Assembly (NCBI GenBank): GCA_964372275.1
Contig: CAYJRR010000046.1
Span: 1 to 32,200 of the forward strand
Source of the DNA: an uncultured bacterium
GTDB taxonomy: Bacteria; CAYJRR01
DNA: 32,200 nt
Reading direction: 5' to 3'
Shown: positions 1 to 7,774 of the stretch, one piece after another
How the letters are laid out: every line of letters starts with the position of its first letter
Numbering within the stretch: the stretch's first letter is position 1
Translations under genes and position numbers: made by a program
Notes under the pieces: generated by a model
The model's database searches: none
Seen by the model: only the letters and a program-made list of their open reading frames with translations
Told to the model about the DNA's origin: nothing

Positions 1-383
1 GTCACCGTCGAGTTCGGGGCGCTGACGCCGTTGCACTCCTCGTCCTCCGCGTGCGACCGCAGGAAGGAGACCTTGAACAGGGTGTCCTCCTCGTCGACCG
101 GAAAGTCCGCGTGGTAGGAGATGTAGTCGAACGAGTCGGACTCGGCCATCGTCTCCGAGAACTCTCCGGCGTAGGCGACCAGCGCGTCGTTCTCGGTCAG
201 CTCGAGGTAGGTGTTCGAGTCGATCCCTCCGGCCTTGAGCACCGCGGCCACGCGGCTGGTGCCCTCGACGGCGGTGATGACGAAGTTGGCGTAGATGCCG
301 TCCGTCGCCACCTCGTCCGAATCGATGTCCTCCGCGCATCCGGCGGCGGCCACGGCGAGAAAGGCCAGTGTGATCTTGCGCAT
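1..383 (-). CDS. Putative lipoprotein, 3' end truncated by the window edge (not in the ORF track)
   Basis: ATG at 383 preceded by GAGGAG. Translation MRKITLAFLAVAAAGC-AEDIDSDEVATDGIYANF... has a signal peptide with lipobox AAGC; the frame stays open to position 1. Confidence 0.8.
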   Translation of the reverse strand, partial: MRKITLAFLAVAAAGCAEDIDSDEVATDGIYANFVITAVEGTSRVAAVLKAGGIDSNTYLELTENDALVAYAGEFSETMAESDSFDYISYHADFPVDEEDTLFKVSFLRSHAEDEECNGVSAPNSTV

Positions 384-465
384 ACGCTCCTCGTTGGAGT
401 GCCCGCCCCCGAGCATACAGGAGACGTGCCACCCGACGGCACCTCGTCGCGCGAGCCGACGAGAC

Positions 466-1353
466 CTACGGCGAGGCGCGGAACCCGTCGAGGGCGCGGC
501 GGAAGTCGTCGGGGAGCGCCGCTTCGACGGTCACCGGCACGCGTCGTGCGGGGGTCGAGAAGGCGATCGACGCGGCGTGCAACGACAACCGTGTCAGACT
601 TGCAATCGGCGCGCGATTCTCTCCACCGTAGAGCGGATCGACGGCGAGCGGATGGCCGATCGACGCCAGGTGCACGCGGATCTGGTGCGTGCGGCCGGTG
701 ATCGGACGGGCCTCGATCAACGAGAAGGCACCGCCGCGGAAACGCTCGACGACGCGGAAGCGGGTGCGCGCCTCCTTGGCGTCGAGCCCGTCCACCTGGC
801 GCAACGACCGCTTCACCGTGTGGCGGCCGATCGGCCTGTCGATGATCCCCGACTCGGGGTCCGGCGTGCCGCGGACGATCGCCAAGTAGACCTTTTCCAC
901 GCGTGCCGCGGCGAGGTCGCCGGCGAGATGCGCCTGGGCACGCGGGCTCTTCGCGAACAGCACGACGCCGCTCGTGTCGCGGTCGAGGCGATGGACGAGG
1001 CGCGCGCGCGGACCGATCAGCGACGTGCCTTCCCCCTTCCGCGCCAGGTGGGCGCTCACCAGCGTCTGCAACGACGGCGTCGCCTCGGTTTCGTTCTCCT
1101 GTGCGACGGGAACCCCCGCCGGCTTCGACACCGCCACGAGGTCGGCGTCCTCGTAGAGGATCGCGCGCTCGATCGACGGGAGCGGCGCTCTCCGGGGGGG
1201 CGTCGAATTCCGCCCCCGTGGCGGCCGTCGAGTCGATTGCGGTCGCGGCCCCCTCGCCGGCGGCGTCGGGCGCGGTCGCTCTCCGGGCGCCGGTTCGTAG
1301 CCGATCGGCGTTCGGGCGAGGCTCGGGCGTCGGGTCGGCGGCTTGGGCGGCAC
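466..1353 (-). CDS. RluA/RluD-family RNA pseudouridine synthase
   Basis: Motifs SKPAG, HRLDRDTSG (catalytic Asp), GRTHQIRVH, DPLYG, LHA. Start at GTG 1353 is tentative; the upstream part of the 466..1878 ORF is antisense to the DUF547 gene. Confidence 0.92.
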   Translation of the reverse strand: MPPKPPTRRPSLARTPIGYEPAPGERPRPTPPARGPRPQSTRRPPRGRNSTPPRRAPLPSIERAILYEDADLVAVSKPAGVPVAQENETEATPSLQTLVSAHLARKGEGTSLIGPRARLVHRLDRDTSGVVLFAKSPRAQAHLAGDLAAARVEKVYLAIVRGTPDPESGIIDRPIGRHTVKRSLRQVDGLDAKEARTRFRVVERFRGGAFSLIEARPITGRTHQIRVHLASIGHPLAVDPLYGGENRAPIASLTRLSLHAASIAFSTPARRVPVTVEAALPDDFRRALDGFRASP

Positions 1354-1425
1354 GGGCGCGGAGTCAACCCTGTCGCCCGGGGGGCGGCAAGTAGTATCGT
1401 TGCTCTTCAGTCGGGGGGATTTTCG

Positions 1426-2208
1426 ATGAGCGCATCGGCGGCGTTGGCGGCGGTGGCGATCCTGGCGGCGGGGCCGCAGGCAAACCTGGTCGACGAGACC
1501 GGCTACGGGGAGGTGCTCACCGCCTACGTGCGCGCGGGGAAGGTCGACTACGCCGGTCTGAAGAAGGACCGCGCCAGGCTCGACGCCTACGTGCGCGACG
1601 TGGGCGGCGTCTCGAAGGCGTCGTTCGACGCGGCGTCGAAGGAGGCGCGGATCGCCTACCTGGTGAACGCCTACAACGCCTTCACCCTGGTCACGATCCT
1701 CGACAACCATCCGATCAAGAGCGCCGGCGGGCTGTTCAACACCGCGCCCGCCAACTCGATCAAACAGATCAAAGGGGCGTGGGACGGGCGGAAGCACAAG
1801 ACGGCGCTCGGCGACCTGACGCTCGACGACATCGAGCACAAGAACCTGCGCAAGAGCTACGACACGCCGCTGGTGCACATGGCGCTGGTCTGCGCGTCGA
1901 AGGGATGCCCGCCGTTGCGCGCCGAGCCGTATCGCGCCGATCGCCTGCTGGAGCAGCTCGAGGACCAGGCGCGGACGTACCTCGCGGGCCCCTACGGCCT
2001 GGTGGTCGACGGGAACCGCATCCAGATCTCGATGATCTTCAAGTGGTTCAACGGCGACTTCAAAGCCGCCTACGGAAGCGGTCCGGGATTCGCGGCGCGG
2101 TACGCGCCTGCCGACAAGAGGCCGGCGGTGGAGGCGGCGGTGAAGTCGGGGGCCGTCTCCTACATCGACTACGACTGGTCGCTCAACGAGCTCCTGGGCA
2201 AGTCGTGA
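1426..2208 (+). CDS. DUF547 domain-containing exported protein
   Basis: Motifs AYLVNAYNAFTL, TLDDIEH, HMALVCASKGCPPL, SMIFKWF..DF, YDWSLNE. Hydrophobic N-terminus; ATG 1426 follows a G-rich RBS. Confidence 0.88.
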   Translation: MSASAALAAVAILAAGPQANLVDETGYGEVLTAYVRAGKVDYAGLKKDRARLDAYVRDVGGVSKASFDAASKEARIAYLVNAYNAFTLVTILDNHPIKSAGGLFNTAPANSIKQIKGAWDGRKHKTALGDLTLDDIEHKNLRKSYDTPLVHMALVCASKGCPPLRAEPYRADRLLEQLEDQARTYLAGPYGLVVDGNRIQISMIFKWFNGDFKAAYGSGPGFAARYAPADKRPAVEAAVKSGAVSYIDYDWSLNELLGKS

Positions 2209-2966
2209 GCGGCGCGAGCCCGAACGCGTCCCGGATCGTGCGGATCCTCGCGGCGCTCGCCATCGCGGGGCTGCTCTTCTACGTGCTGCGCGTCCTCCCG
2301 GTCCGGGACCTGCTCGAGCGGTTCCTCGCCTGGATCCAGGAGCTGGGCCCGACGGGGGTGGTCGTCTTCGTCCTCGGCTACGCCATCGCGGCGTTGCTGC
2401 TTCCGGCGTCGTTGCTCACGCTCGGCGCCGGCGCGGCGTTCGGTCCGGTCGTGGGGACGGCGGCCGTCTCGGTGGGGAGCACCACCACCGCGTGCCTCGC
2501 ATTCCTGATCGGCCGTCGATTCGCGCGCCGCTTCGTCGAGGCGAAGATGGCCTCGTTCCCCAAGTTCCAGGCCGTCGATCGCGCGGTCGCGGGCCAGGGG
2601 TTCAAGATCGTGCTGCTGACGCGGCTGTCGCCGGCGTTTCCGTTCACCTGGATGAACTACGCCTACGGACTGACCCAGGTCCGATTCCGCGACTACGCGC
2701 TCGCGTCGTGGCTCGGGATGCTCCCCGGCACCGCGATGTACGTCTACTTCGGGCACGCCGGGAAGCTGGCGTTGCAGGCCGCGTCCGGCGGGACGGCGGC
2801 GACCGGCGGCAACGCCAAGCTCGTGATGCAGATCATCGCGGGTCTGGCCACCGTCGCGGTGACGATCGTCGTCACCCGAGTCGCGCGCAAAGCGCTGGCG
2901 GAGGCCGTGCCGGGCGCGGCCGCGCCCGCCGGCGGCGCGCCGGCGAATCCGCAGCCGACCGCCTGA
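2205..2966 (+). CDS. TVP38/TMEM64 (VTT/DedA superfamily) membrane protein
   Basis: GTGA overlap with the DUF547 stop. Motifs LLPASLLTLGAGAAFG and LLTRLSPAFPF..MNYAYGLT..SWLGMLPGT; multiple TM segments. Confidence 0.9.
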   Translation: MSGASPNASRIVRILAALAIAGLLFYVLRVLPVRDLLERFLAWIQELGPTGVVVFVLGYAIAALLLPASLLTLGAGAAFGPVVGTAAVSVGSTTTACLAFLIGRRFARRFVEAKMASFPKFQAVDRAVAGQGFKIVLLTRLSPAFPFTWMNYAYGLTQVRFRDYALASWLGMLPGTAMYVYFGHAGKLALQAASGGTAATGGNAKLVMQIIAGLATVAVTIVVTRVARKALAEAVPGAAAPAGGAPANPQPTA

Positions 2967-2968
2967 TC

Positions 2969-3586
2969 CTAGTAGTACCGCTGGACGCCGATCACCTTTC
3001 CCTGGATCTGAAGCTCCTTGCCGGCGACCGGGATCGGCTTCAATCGTGCGTTCTCGGGGACGAGCAGCACCTTGCCGGCCGCGCGGTGAAGGCGCTTGAC
3101 GGTCGATTCGCCGTCGAGAAGCGCCACCACGATCTCGCCGTGTCCGGCCGAGCGCTGGGCGCGCGCGATCACGTAGTCGCCGTCGAGGATGCCGGCGTCG
3201 ATCATGCTGTCGCCGGTGACGCGCAGCGCGAACAGCGCGGGCTCGCCGACGGCCCGCGAGCGATCGGACGGGAAGGGGAGGGCGCCGAGCGGGAGCTGGC
3301 TCGCGTCCCGGGGCGAACCGGCGGCGATCTGACCGAGAACCGGCACGTTCAACGACGACGGGCGCGCCGCGCCGGGGCTCGCCAGGCGAAGGCCCCGCGC
3401 GATCCCCGGCCGGTGCTCGAGGTGGCCTTTCCGAACCAACGCCGCGACGTGGTCCTGCGCGGCGCGCGTCGACTTGTAACCGAACTGCGCCGCAATCGCG
3501 CGGAAGGTGGGGGGCGCGCCGTTCTCCTGGATCTCGCGCGCGACGAACCGGAGAACCTTGGCTTGGGCGTCGGTCAGCTCGTCCAT
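2969..3586 (-). CDS. lexA: SOS transcriptional repressor LexA
   Basis: N-terminal LTDAQ..PPTFRAIA..FG winged helix, Ala-Gly cleavage site (IAAG), GDSM catalytic Ser and TVKR Lys; 205 aa. Confidence 0.95.
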   Translation of the reverse strand: MDELTDAQAKVLRFVAREIQENGAPPTFRAIAAQFGYKSTRAAQDHVAALVRKGHLEHRPGIARGLRLASPGAARPSSLNVPVLGQIAAGSPRDASQLPLGALPFPSDRSRAVGEPALFALRVTGDSMIDAGILDGDYVIARAQRSAGHGEIVVALLDGESTVKRLHRAAGKVLLVPENARLKPIPVAGKELQIQGKVIGVQRYY

Positions 3587-3593
3587 CGACCGC

Positions 3594-3623
3594 AGGATGC
3601 CATACAAACGTCTGGTCCGCCAA
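3594..3623 (-). promoter_or_regulatory. Putative lexA promoter with an overlapping palindromic operator (candidate LexA box 3600-3615)
   Basis: Minus strand TTGGCG-N18-CATCCT-N7-ATG. The spacer contains the imperfect palindrome CCAGAC-GTTT-GTATGG. Confidence 0.55.
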
Positions 3624-3725
3624 GCCGCGGGGTCCGGCGACCGGCCCGACGTCGCCGAGGTCCCGGCGGACACGCGCTGTGGCTGGGGGGAGACGCGCGC
3701 CGGCCGAAATCGCAGCGATCTCGCC

Positions 3726-3741
3726 TGGCACGCCGGCTGCT
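3726..3741 (+). promoter_or_regulatory. Putative sigma54 (-24/-12) promoter of the DUF4230 gene
   Basis: TGGCAC-GCCGG-CTGCT versus consensus TGGCAC-N5-TTGCW; ATG 14 nt after the -12 C. Confidence 0.6.
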
Positions 3742-3753
3742 CCACCGAACGGC

Positions 3754-4380
3754 ATGGCGGCGAGGTTTCGAATCGGCGCGACCACCCGGACGCTGACGGT
3801 GGGATTCCTGGGGGGGCTCGCGGTGGCGGCATGGCTCTGGTCCTGGAGCGCGCCACCGGAGCGCCGCCGGCTGCCCGATCCCCCGGCGGTGGTGGAGAAG
3901 GTTCGCGAGGTGGCTCGGCTCGAGACGCTCTCGGTGCGGACCTACAAGAAGGTCACCTACGAAGTCGATCCGCCCGCCGCCGAGTCGCTGTGGACCGCGC
4001 TCCGGGCGTGGACGGCCCATGCCGTCGACCCGCCGGTCGGTTCGGCGATCGTCTTCGCCGACGCGCACCTCTCCCTCGACATGAACCGACTCGACGCCGG
4101 ATCCCTGCGCGTAGAGGGGGAGCGGGTGACGGTGGCCCTACCGCCGATCGTGACGCGCGTGGAACTTCGTCCGGGGGAGACGGAGGTGATCCGCTCCAAC
4201 CTCGACTCGGCGCAGACGGCGGAGCTGCTCGACCGCGCGAAGTTCGCCATCGAGGCCGACGTCGCCGCCGACAGCGTCCTCCACGCCCGCGCGCGTGCCG
4301 GCGCCGAAGCGGCGATCGAGCGGCTGCTGCGCGGGATGGGGTTCGAGCGCGTGCGCTTCGTCGGCGAACCCGGCGCCTAG
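3754..4380 (+). CDS. DUF4230 domain membrane-anchored protein
   Basis: N-terminal TM helix, then VVEKVREVARLET, ..VTVALPP.. and ARAGAEAAIERLLRGMGFERV, typical of DUF4230. Confidence 0.75.
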   Translation: MAARFRIGATTRTLTVGFLGGLAVAAWLWSWSAPPERRRLPDPPAVVEKVREVARLETLSVRTYKKVTYEVDPPAAESLWTALRAWTAHAVDPPVGSAIVFADAHLSLDMNRLDAGSLRVEGERVTVALPPIVTRVELRPGETEVIRSNLDSAQTAELLDRAKFAIEADVAADSVLHARARAGAEAAIERLLRGMGFERVRFVGEPGA

Positions 4381-4403
4381 CCGGCGCCGGGTCGCGGGAG
4401 CCG

Positions 4404-6011
4404 CTACCGGAGCGAGGCGATCTCGGTGAGGCGGTCGTGCGCGAGGTTCTTGATCAGGAGCTCGCGGGCATCGCCCGGCAGCGCGGCCGGTCCGGCGATG
4501 AACAGCACCTGCACGAAGGCGTCGATCGCCTCGTTCTCCCGGTCGGCGGCGAGGTGCTCGCGTCCTTGTTCGACCAGCCGCCCGATGCGTCGCGCGCGCG
4601 CGAGCTCGATCACCTTGGCGCCGGCGCCGAGCGTGGAGCCCAACTCCTCGACCAGCGCCTCGAACGCCGGCAGCAGCAGCGGATCGGCCTCGACCGACTG
4701 CGCGGCGTTGCCGGCGTGCTCGCGGTCGGTGCGGGCCACCCGCTCGGTGATCACAAGCGAGACCGGCTCGGCGAACTCGGGCTCCACGATCGCAAACGTC
4801 ACCCGCGCTTCGACCGACCTCGTCGTCTCCTTCCACGGGAGGGTCCAGGTGGGGGCGGGGGGCGGCGGGGGCACCTTGGCCGGAAGGCTGGCGAGCGTCG
4901 CGCGCGCCGCCTCGAGCTCCGCGCGCGCCTTGTCGACGGCGCGCGCCGCCTCGAGACCCGCGCGCTTCGCCTCCGCCCCATCGCGCGCACCGCGCTTGCG
5001 GGTCGCGGCGGCGAGCGCGGCCTTGAGGGCCGCCTGGCGGTCGGTCAACGCCCGGGTCCGCTCGGTGATGAGCGCGCGCGCCGCGGCGATCGCCGGATTG
5101 GGGATCGGTTGTTTGGAGGGGGGCGCGCGGTTCGGGAGCTCGTCGGTCCCTTCCCGCACCGTCTCGTCGCGCCGGAACTCTTCGATCGTGACGACGAGGC
5201 TCGCCTTCGAGGCCACCCCGGCGGCCCCCCGTCCGTAGGGCGGGAAGTCGTCGATCCGCGGGCCCAGCTTCGCGGCGAGAAGCGCGGCGAGCGCACGGAA
5301 GCCGCGGTCTTCGATCCGCGGTTCCGAGAGCGTCACGCCGCTCTTCGCCTGGAGCATCCGCTTGCGGGCCTCGCCGCTGACGAAGGCGGAGGGCTGCATC
5401 GGATCGGTGGCGAGCGCGCGGAGATCGACCACCAGCGCCGCGCCGATCAGGTTCCGGGCGGCGAGATCCTCGGCCTGCCGGTGCAGCTCGTCGGCGTAGG
5501 CCTGTTTCGCCTCCATCTGCTTCTGGACGATCTCCACCCGCTCGGGGGCCACGGCGAGGATCGCCTCGAAGGCGCGGAGCGAGTCGTCGAACCGCCGCTC
5601 CGCGAGCGCGAGATCCCCTTCGTACTCCAGGGCGGACAGGTTCTCGTCGATGGCGCGGAACGGCGCGCTCGCGGCGCGTTCGTCCTTGGGAATCAGGGCG
5701 ATCGCCTGCCGCCACCAATCGCCGGCCTCCGCGGGCCTTCCGTCGGCGTTCGCCTCGTGGCCCCTCCGGGTGAGCAGGCGCGCCACCTGGCGCTCGGCAC
5801 GCTCGAGACGCCGGTCGATCCGCGGGTCGTCGGGGTGTTTCACGGCGAGCTGGCGGTAATGGGCGAGCGCCGTCTCCCAATCGCCGGCGCGGGCGAGCAC
5901 GTCGCCGGTGTGGGTGAACTTCGGCGCGCAGGCGGCGACGGCGAAGGACGACGCCAATGCCAGCGCCCACGCCGTCGCGAGGCGGCCGAACTTGCGATCG
6001 GGCGCTCTCAT
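4404..6011 (-). CDS. TPR-containing lipoprotein, resembling myxobacterial TraC-type lipoproteins
   Basis: ATG 6011 overlaps the upstream stop (ATGA). Signal peptide with lipobox VAAC, helical TPR-like N-half, coiled-coil after IPNP; 535 aa. Confidence 0.75.
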   Translation of the reverse strand: MRAPDRKFGRLATAWALALASSFAVAACAPKFTHTGDVLARAGDWETALAHYRQLAVKHPDDPRIDRRLERAERQVARLLTRRGHEANADGRPAEAGDWWRQAIALIPKDERAASAPFRAIDENLSALEYEGDLALAERRFDDSLRAFEAILAVAPERVEIVQKQMEAKQAYADELHRQAEDLAARNLIGAALVVDLRALATDPMQPSAFVSGEARKRMLQAKSGVTLSEPRIEDRGFRALAALLAAKLGPRIDDFPPYGRGAAGVASKASLVVTIEEFRRDETVREGTDELPNRAPPSKQPIPNPAIAAARALITERTRALTDRQAALKAALAAATRKRGARDGAEAKRAGLEAARAVDKARAELEAARATLASLPAKVPPPPPAPTWTLPWKETTRSVEARVTFAIVEPEFAEPVSLVITERVARTDREHAGNAAQSVEADPLLLPAFEALVEELGSTLGAGAKVIELARARRIGRLVEQGREHLAADRENEAIDAFVQVLFIAGPAALPGDARELLIKNLAHDRLTEIASLR

Positions 6012-6868
6012 TCCCGTTCTCCGTTCTTGAAGTAGGCGATCGACAGCACCCGGCCGCGCTCGTCCCACTCGGTCCACGGTCCGTCGCGCCGCCCGTCCCG
6101 GAACTTCCCTTCGCTCTTCTTCGTTCCGGTCGGGTGCCAATAGGTCCAGGTCCCCTGCTCCTGTTCGAGCCGATCGGACGTACGAAGCTCGCCCGCCGCC
6201 TGCTTGCGTCCGTCCTCGCCGAAGTAGGTCCACCGTCCGTGCTTCACGCCGCCACGGTACGCGCCGACCGCGTTGCGCTGGCCGTTCTCCCACCAGAAGG
6301 TCCAGCCGCCGGAGCGCTTGGCGTCGACGTAGTGTCCCTCGGAGGCCTTGCGTCCGTTGGGGTGCCACTCGGTCCAGGGGCCGTCGGGGCCGCCGTCGGC
6401 GAACTGCCCGGAGAGCTTGCGCCGGCCGTTGGGGTAGTAGGCGAGGTAGGGCCCCTGGCGGAAGCCGATCCCCGCCCGGTCGGGACGCAGGCAGAACCGC
6501 TCGCGCCCGTTCGCGTCGGTGCGCCGCTCCTCGTGCGTGCCGGCGGGGCAGAAGGAGGAGCGGGGGGCCGGCGCTACCACCGACGCGGTTGCGGCAACGG
6601 TTTCGGTCGCGACCGCCCTCGCCGCCGCGCGCGGTTTCGCGACCGCGGAGGCGGTCGCGGCCGAGTCCGAGGCCGCGGCCGCGGCCGGGGCCGTGGACGA
6701 GGTCGTGACCGTGGCCGTGGATGCGGCGGTGGCGGTCAGGCGCTCGCCGGCGATCGAGGAATCCTCGGCCGCCGCCCGCGTGGGGGTCGCGGGGCGATGC
6801 ACCGCCAGGAGCGGGAACCCGGCCGACAGGAGCGCGGGAACGATCGCGAGGATGTACTTGCGGTCCAT
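6008..6868 (-). CDS. Exported MORN-variant repeat protein (YwqK-like family)
   Basis: Signal/TM segment, Ala/Thr-rich linker, CPAGT..C pair, then repeats of the form G.W..(W/Y)..NG.K..EG.Y..G. Confidence 0.88.
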   Translation of the reverse strand: MDRKYILAIVPALLSAGFPLLAVHRPATPTRAAAEDSSIAGERLTATAASTATVTTSSTAPAAAAASDSAATASAVAKPRAAARAVATETVAATASVVAPAPRSSFCPAGTHEERRTDANGRERFCLRPDRAGIGFRQGPYLAYYPNGRRKLSGQFADGGPDGPWTEWHPNGRKASEGHYVDAKRSGGWTFWWENGQRNAVGAYRGGVKHGRWTYFGEDGRKQAAGELRTSDRLEQEQGTWTYWHPTGTKKSEGKFRDGRRDGPWTEWDERGRVLSIAYFKNGERE

Positions 6869-6882
6869 GGGGCATCGGGTGG

Positions 6883-6898
6883 AGCAAGTACGATGCCC
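6883..6898 (-). promoter_or_regulatory. Putative sigma54 promoter of the MORN-TPR lipoprotein operon
   Basis: Minus strand GGGCAT-CGTAC-TTGCT (GG-N10-GC); ATG 16 nt after the -12 C. Confidence 0.62.
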
Positions 6899-7037
6899 TC
6901 TACACGCTCGACGCGCCGGCTCGTCTTAGGTCCCGCCTCGTGGCGCGGGTCACGCCGGCGGCGACGAAATCCGGGTACCGGCGGTGACGGAAAAATGTCG
7001 TCGGCGTGACGGCGATGACGGCCGTTTCACCGCGCGT

Positions 7038-7700
7038 TCACGCCGGGCCGGCGCCGAACGCGACGTCGAGGAGCCGCTTCAGGATCCGCGCGGTCAATCC
7101 CCAGATCTCCCGATCGGGGCCGCCGTCGAAGAAGTAGACCCGGTAGCGGCCGTGTTCGTCGAGCTCCTCGGCGCGCAGCCGGGTCATCGCCTCCACCGGC
7201 GCTCCGGGCGGCATCCGCGAGACGTCCCAGATCTCCTCCCGCAGGAACGATCGGTCGGAGAGGCGGGCGAGCGGGACCTCGAACGCCTCGCGCACCTCGG
7301 CGGCGTGCGGCGCGAAGAGTGCCGGCGGGCGGTGCACGATTCCGACCACGGGCGTCACCACGTATCGGCTCACCGACAGCTCGTCGTCGAGCCGGCCCGC
7401 CACCTCGACGCGCGACGGCTCCAGCCCCACCTCCTCGCTCGCCTCCCGCAACGCCGCCGACTCCGCGTCCTCGCCTTCGTCGGCGCGGCCGCCGGGGAAG
7501 GCGATCTGGCCCTTGTGCGAGCTCATCGTCTCGGTGCGGCGGGTGAAGAGAACGGTCGGTCCCGCCGGCCGATGCAGAATCGGGACGAGCACGGAGGCGC
7601 GCGCGAACTCCGGGAGCGCGAGCGTCCGTGGGGTCACGGCCGACAGGACGGCACGGATTCGGCCGAACGCGGCCGCGTTCGAATCGGCGCTCGTCGCCAC
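7038..7700 (-). CDS. Nudix hydrolase, CoA pyrophosphatase type (NudL/PCD1-like)
   Basis: ASVLVPI, LFTRR, HKGQIAFPGG, Nudix box GG..EGED..AALREASEEVG, IWGLTA. Confidence 0.92.
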   Translation of the reverse strand: MATSADSNAAAFGRIRAVLSAVTPRTLALPEFARASVLVPILHRPAGPTVLFTRRTETMSSHKGQIAFPGGRADEGEDAESAALREASEEVGLEPSRVEVAGRLDDELSVSRYVVTPVVGIVHRPPALFAPHAAEVREAFEVPLARLSDRSFLREEIWDVSRMPPGAPVEAMTRLRAEELDEHGRYRVYFFDGGPDREIWGLTARILKRLLDVAFGAGPA

Positions 7701-7774
7701 GTGGAAACGTTCGCCGATCCGAAGGTCTTTGGCTATCCTTCGGGGCCGTTCTTCGGCCCGTTGGCCCGTTTCCG

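Noticed and set aside
1426-2966. DUF547 + TVP38 pair as part of a larger specialised cluster
   Set aside because: The pairing is common, and usual companions (FAD oxidoreductase, radical SAM, glycosyltransferases) are absent here.
6008-6868. Toxin-antitoxin system based on the YwqK-like repeats
   Set aside because: No toxin-like gene is adjacent, and MORN-variant repeats are widespread.
4404-6887. 827-aa ORF as a single protein; likewise N-terminal extensions of the 295..2208, 466..1878, 10160..12328, 10804..13200, 19349..21103 and 21140..23464 ORFs
   Set aside because: The extensions overlap other genes in another frame or strand. Internal starts with signal peptides or stop/start overlaps fit better.
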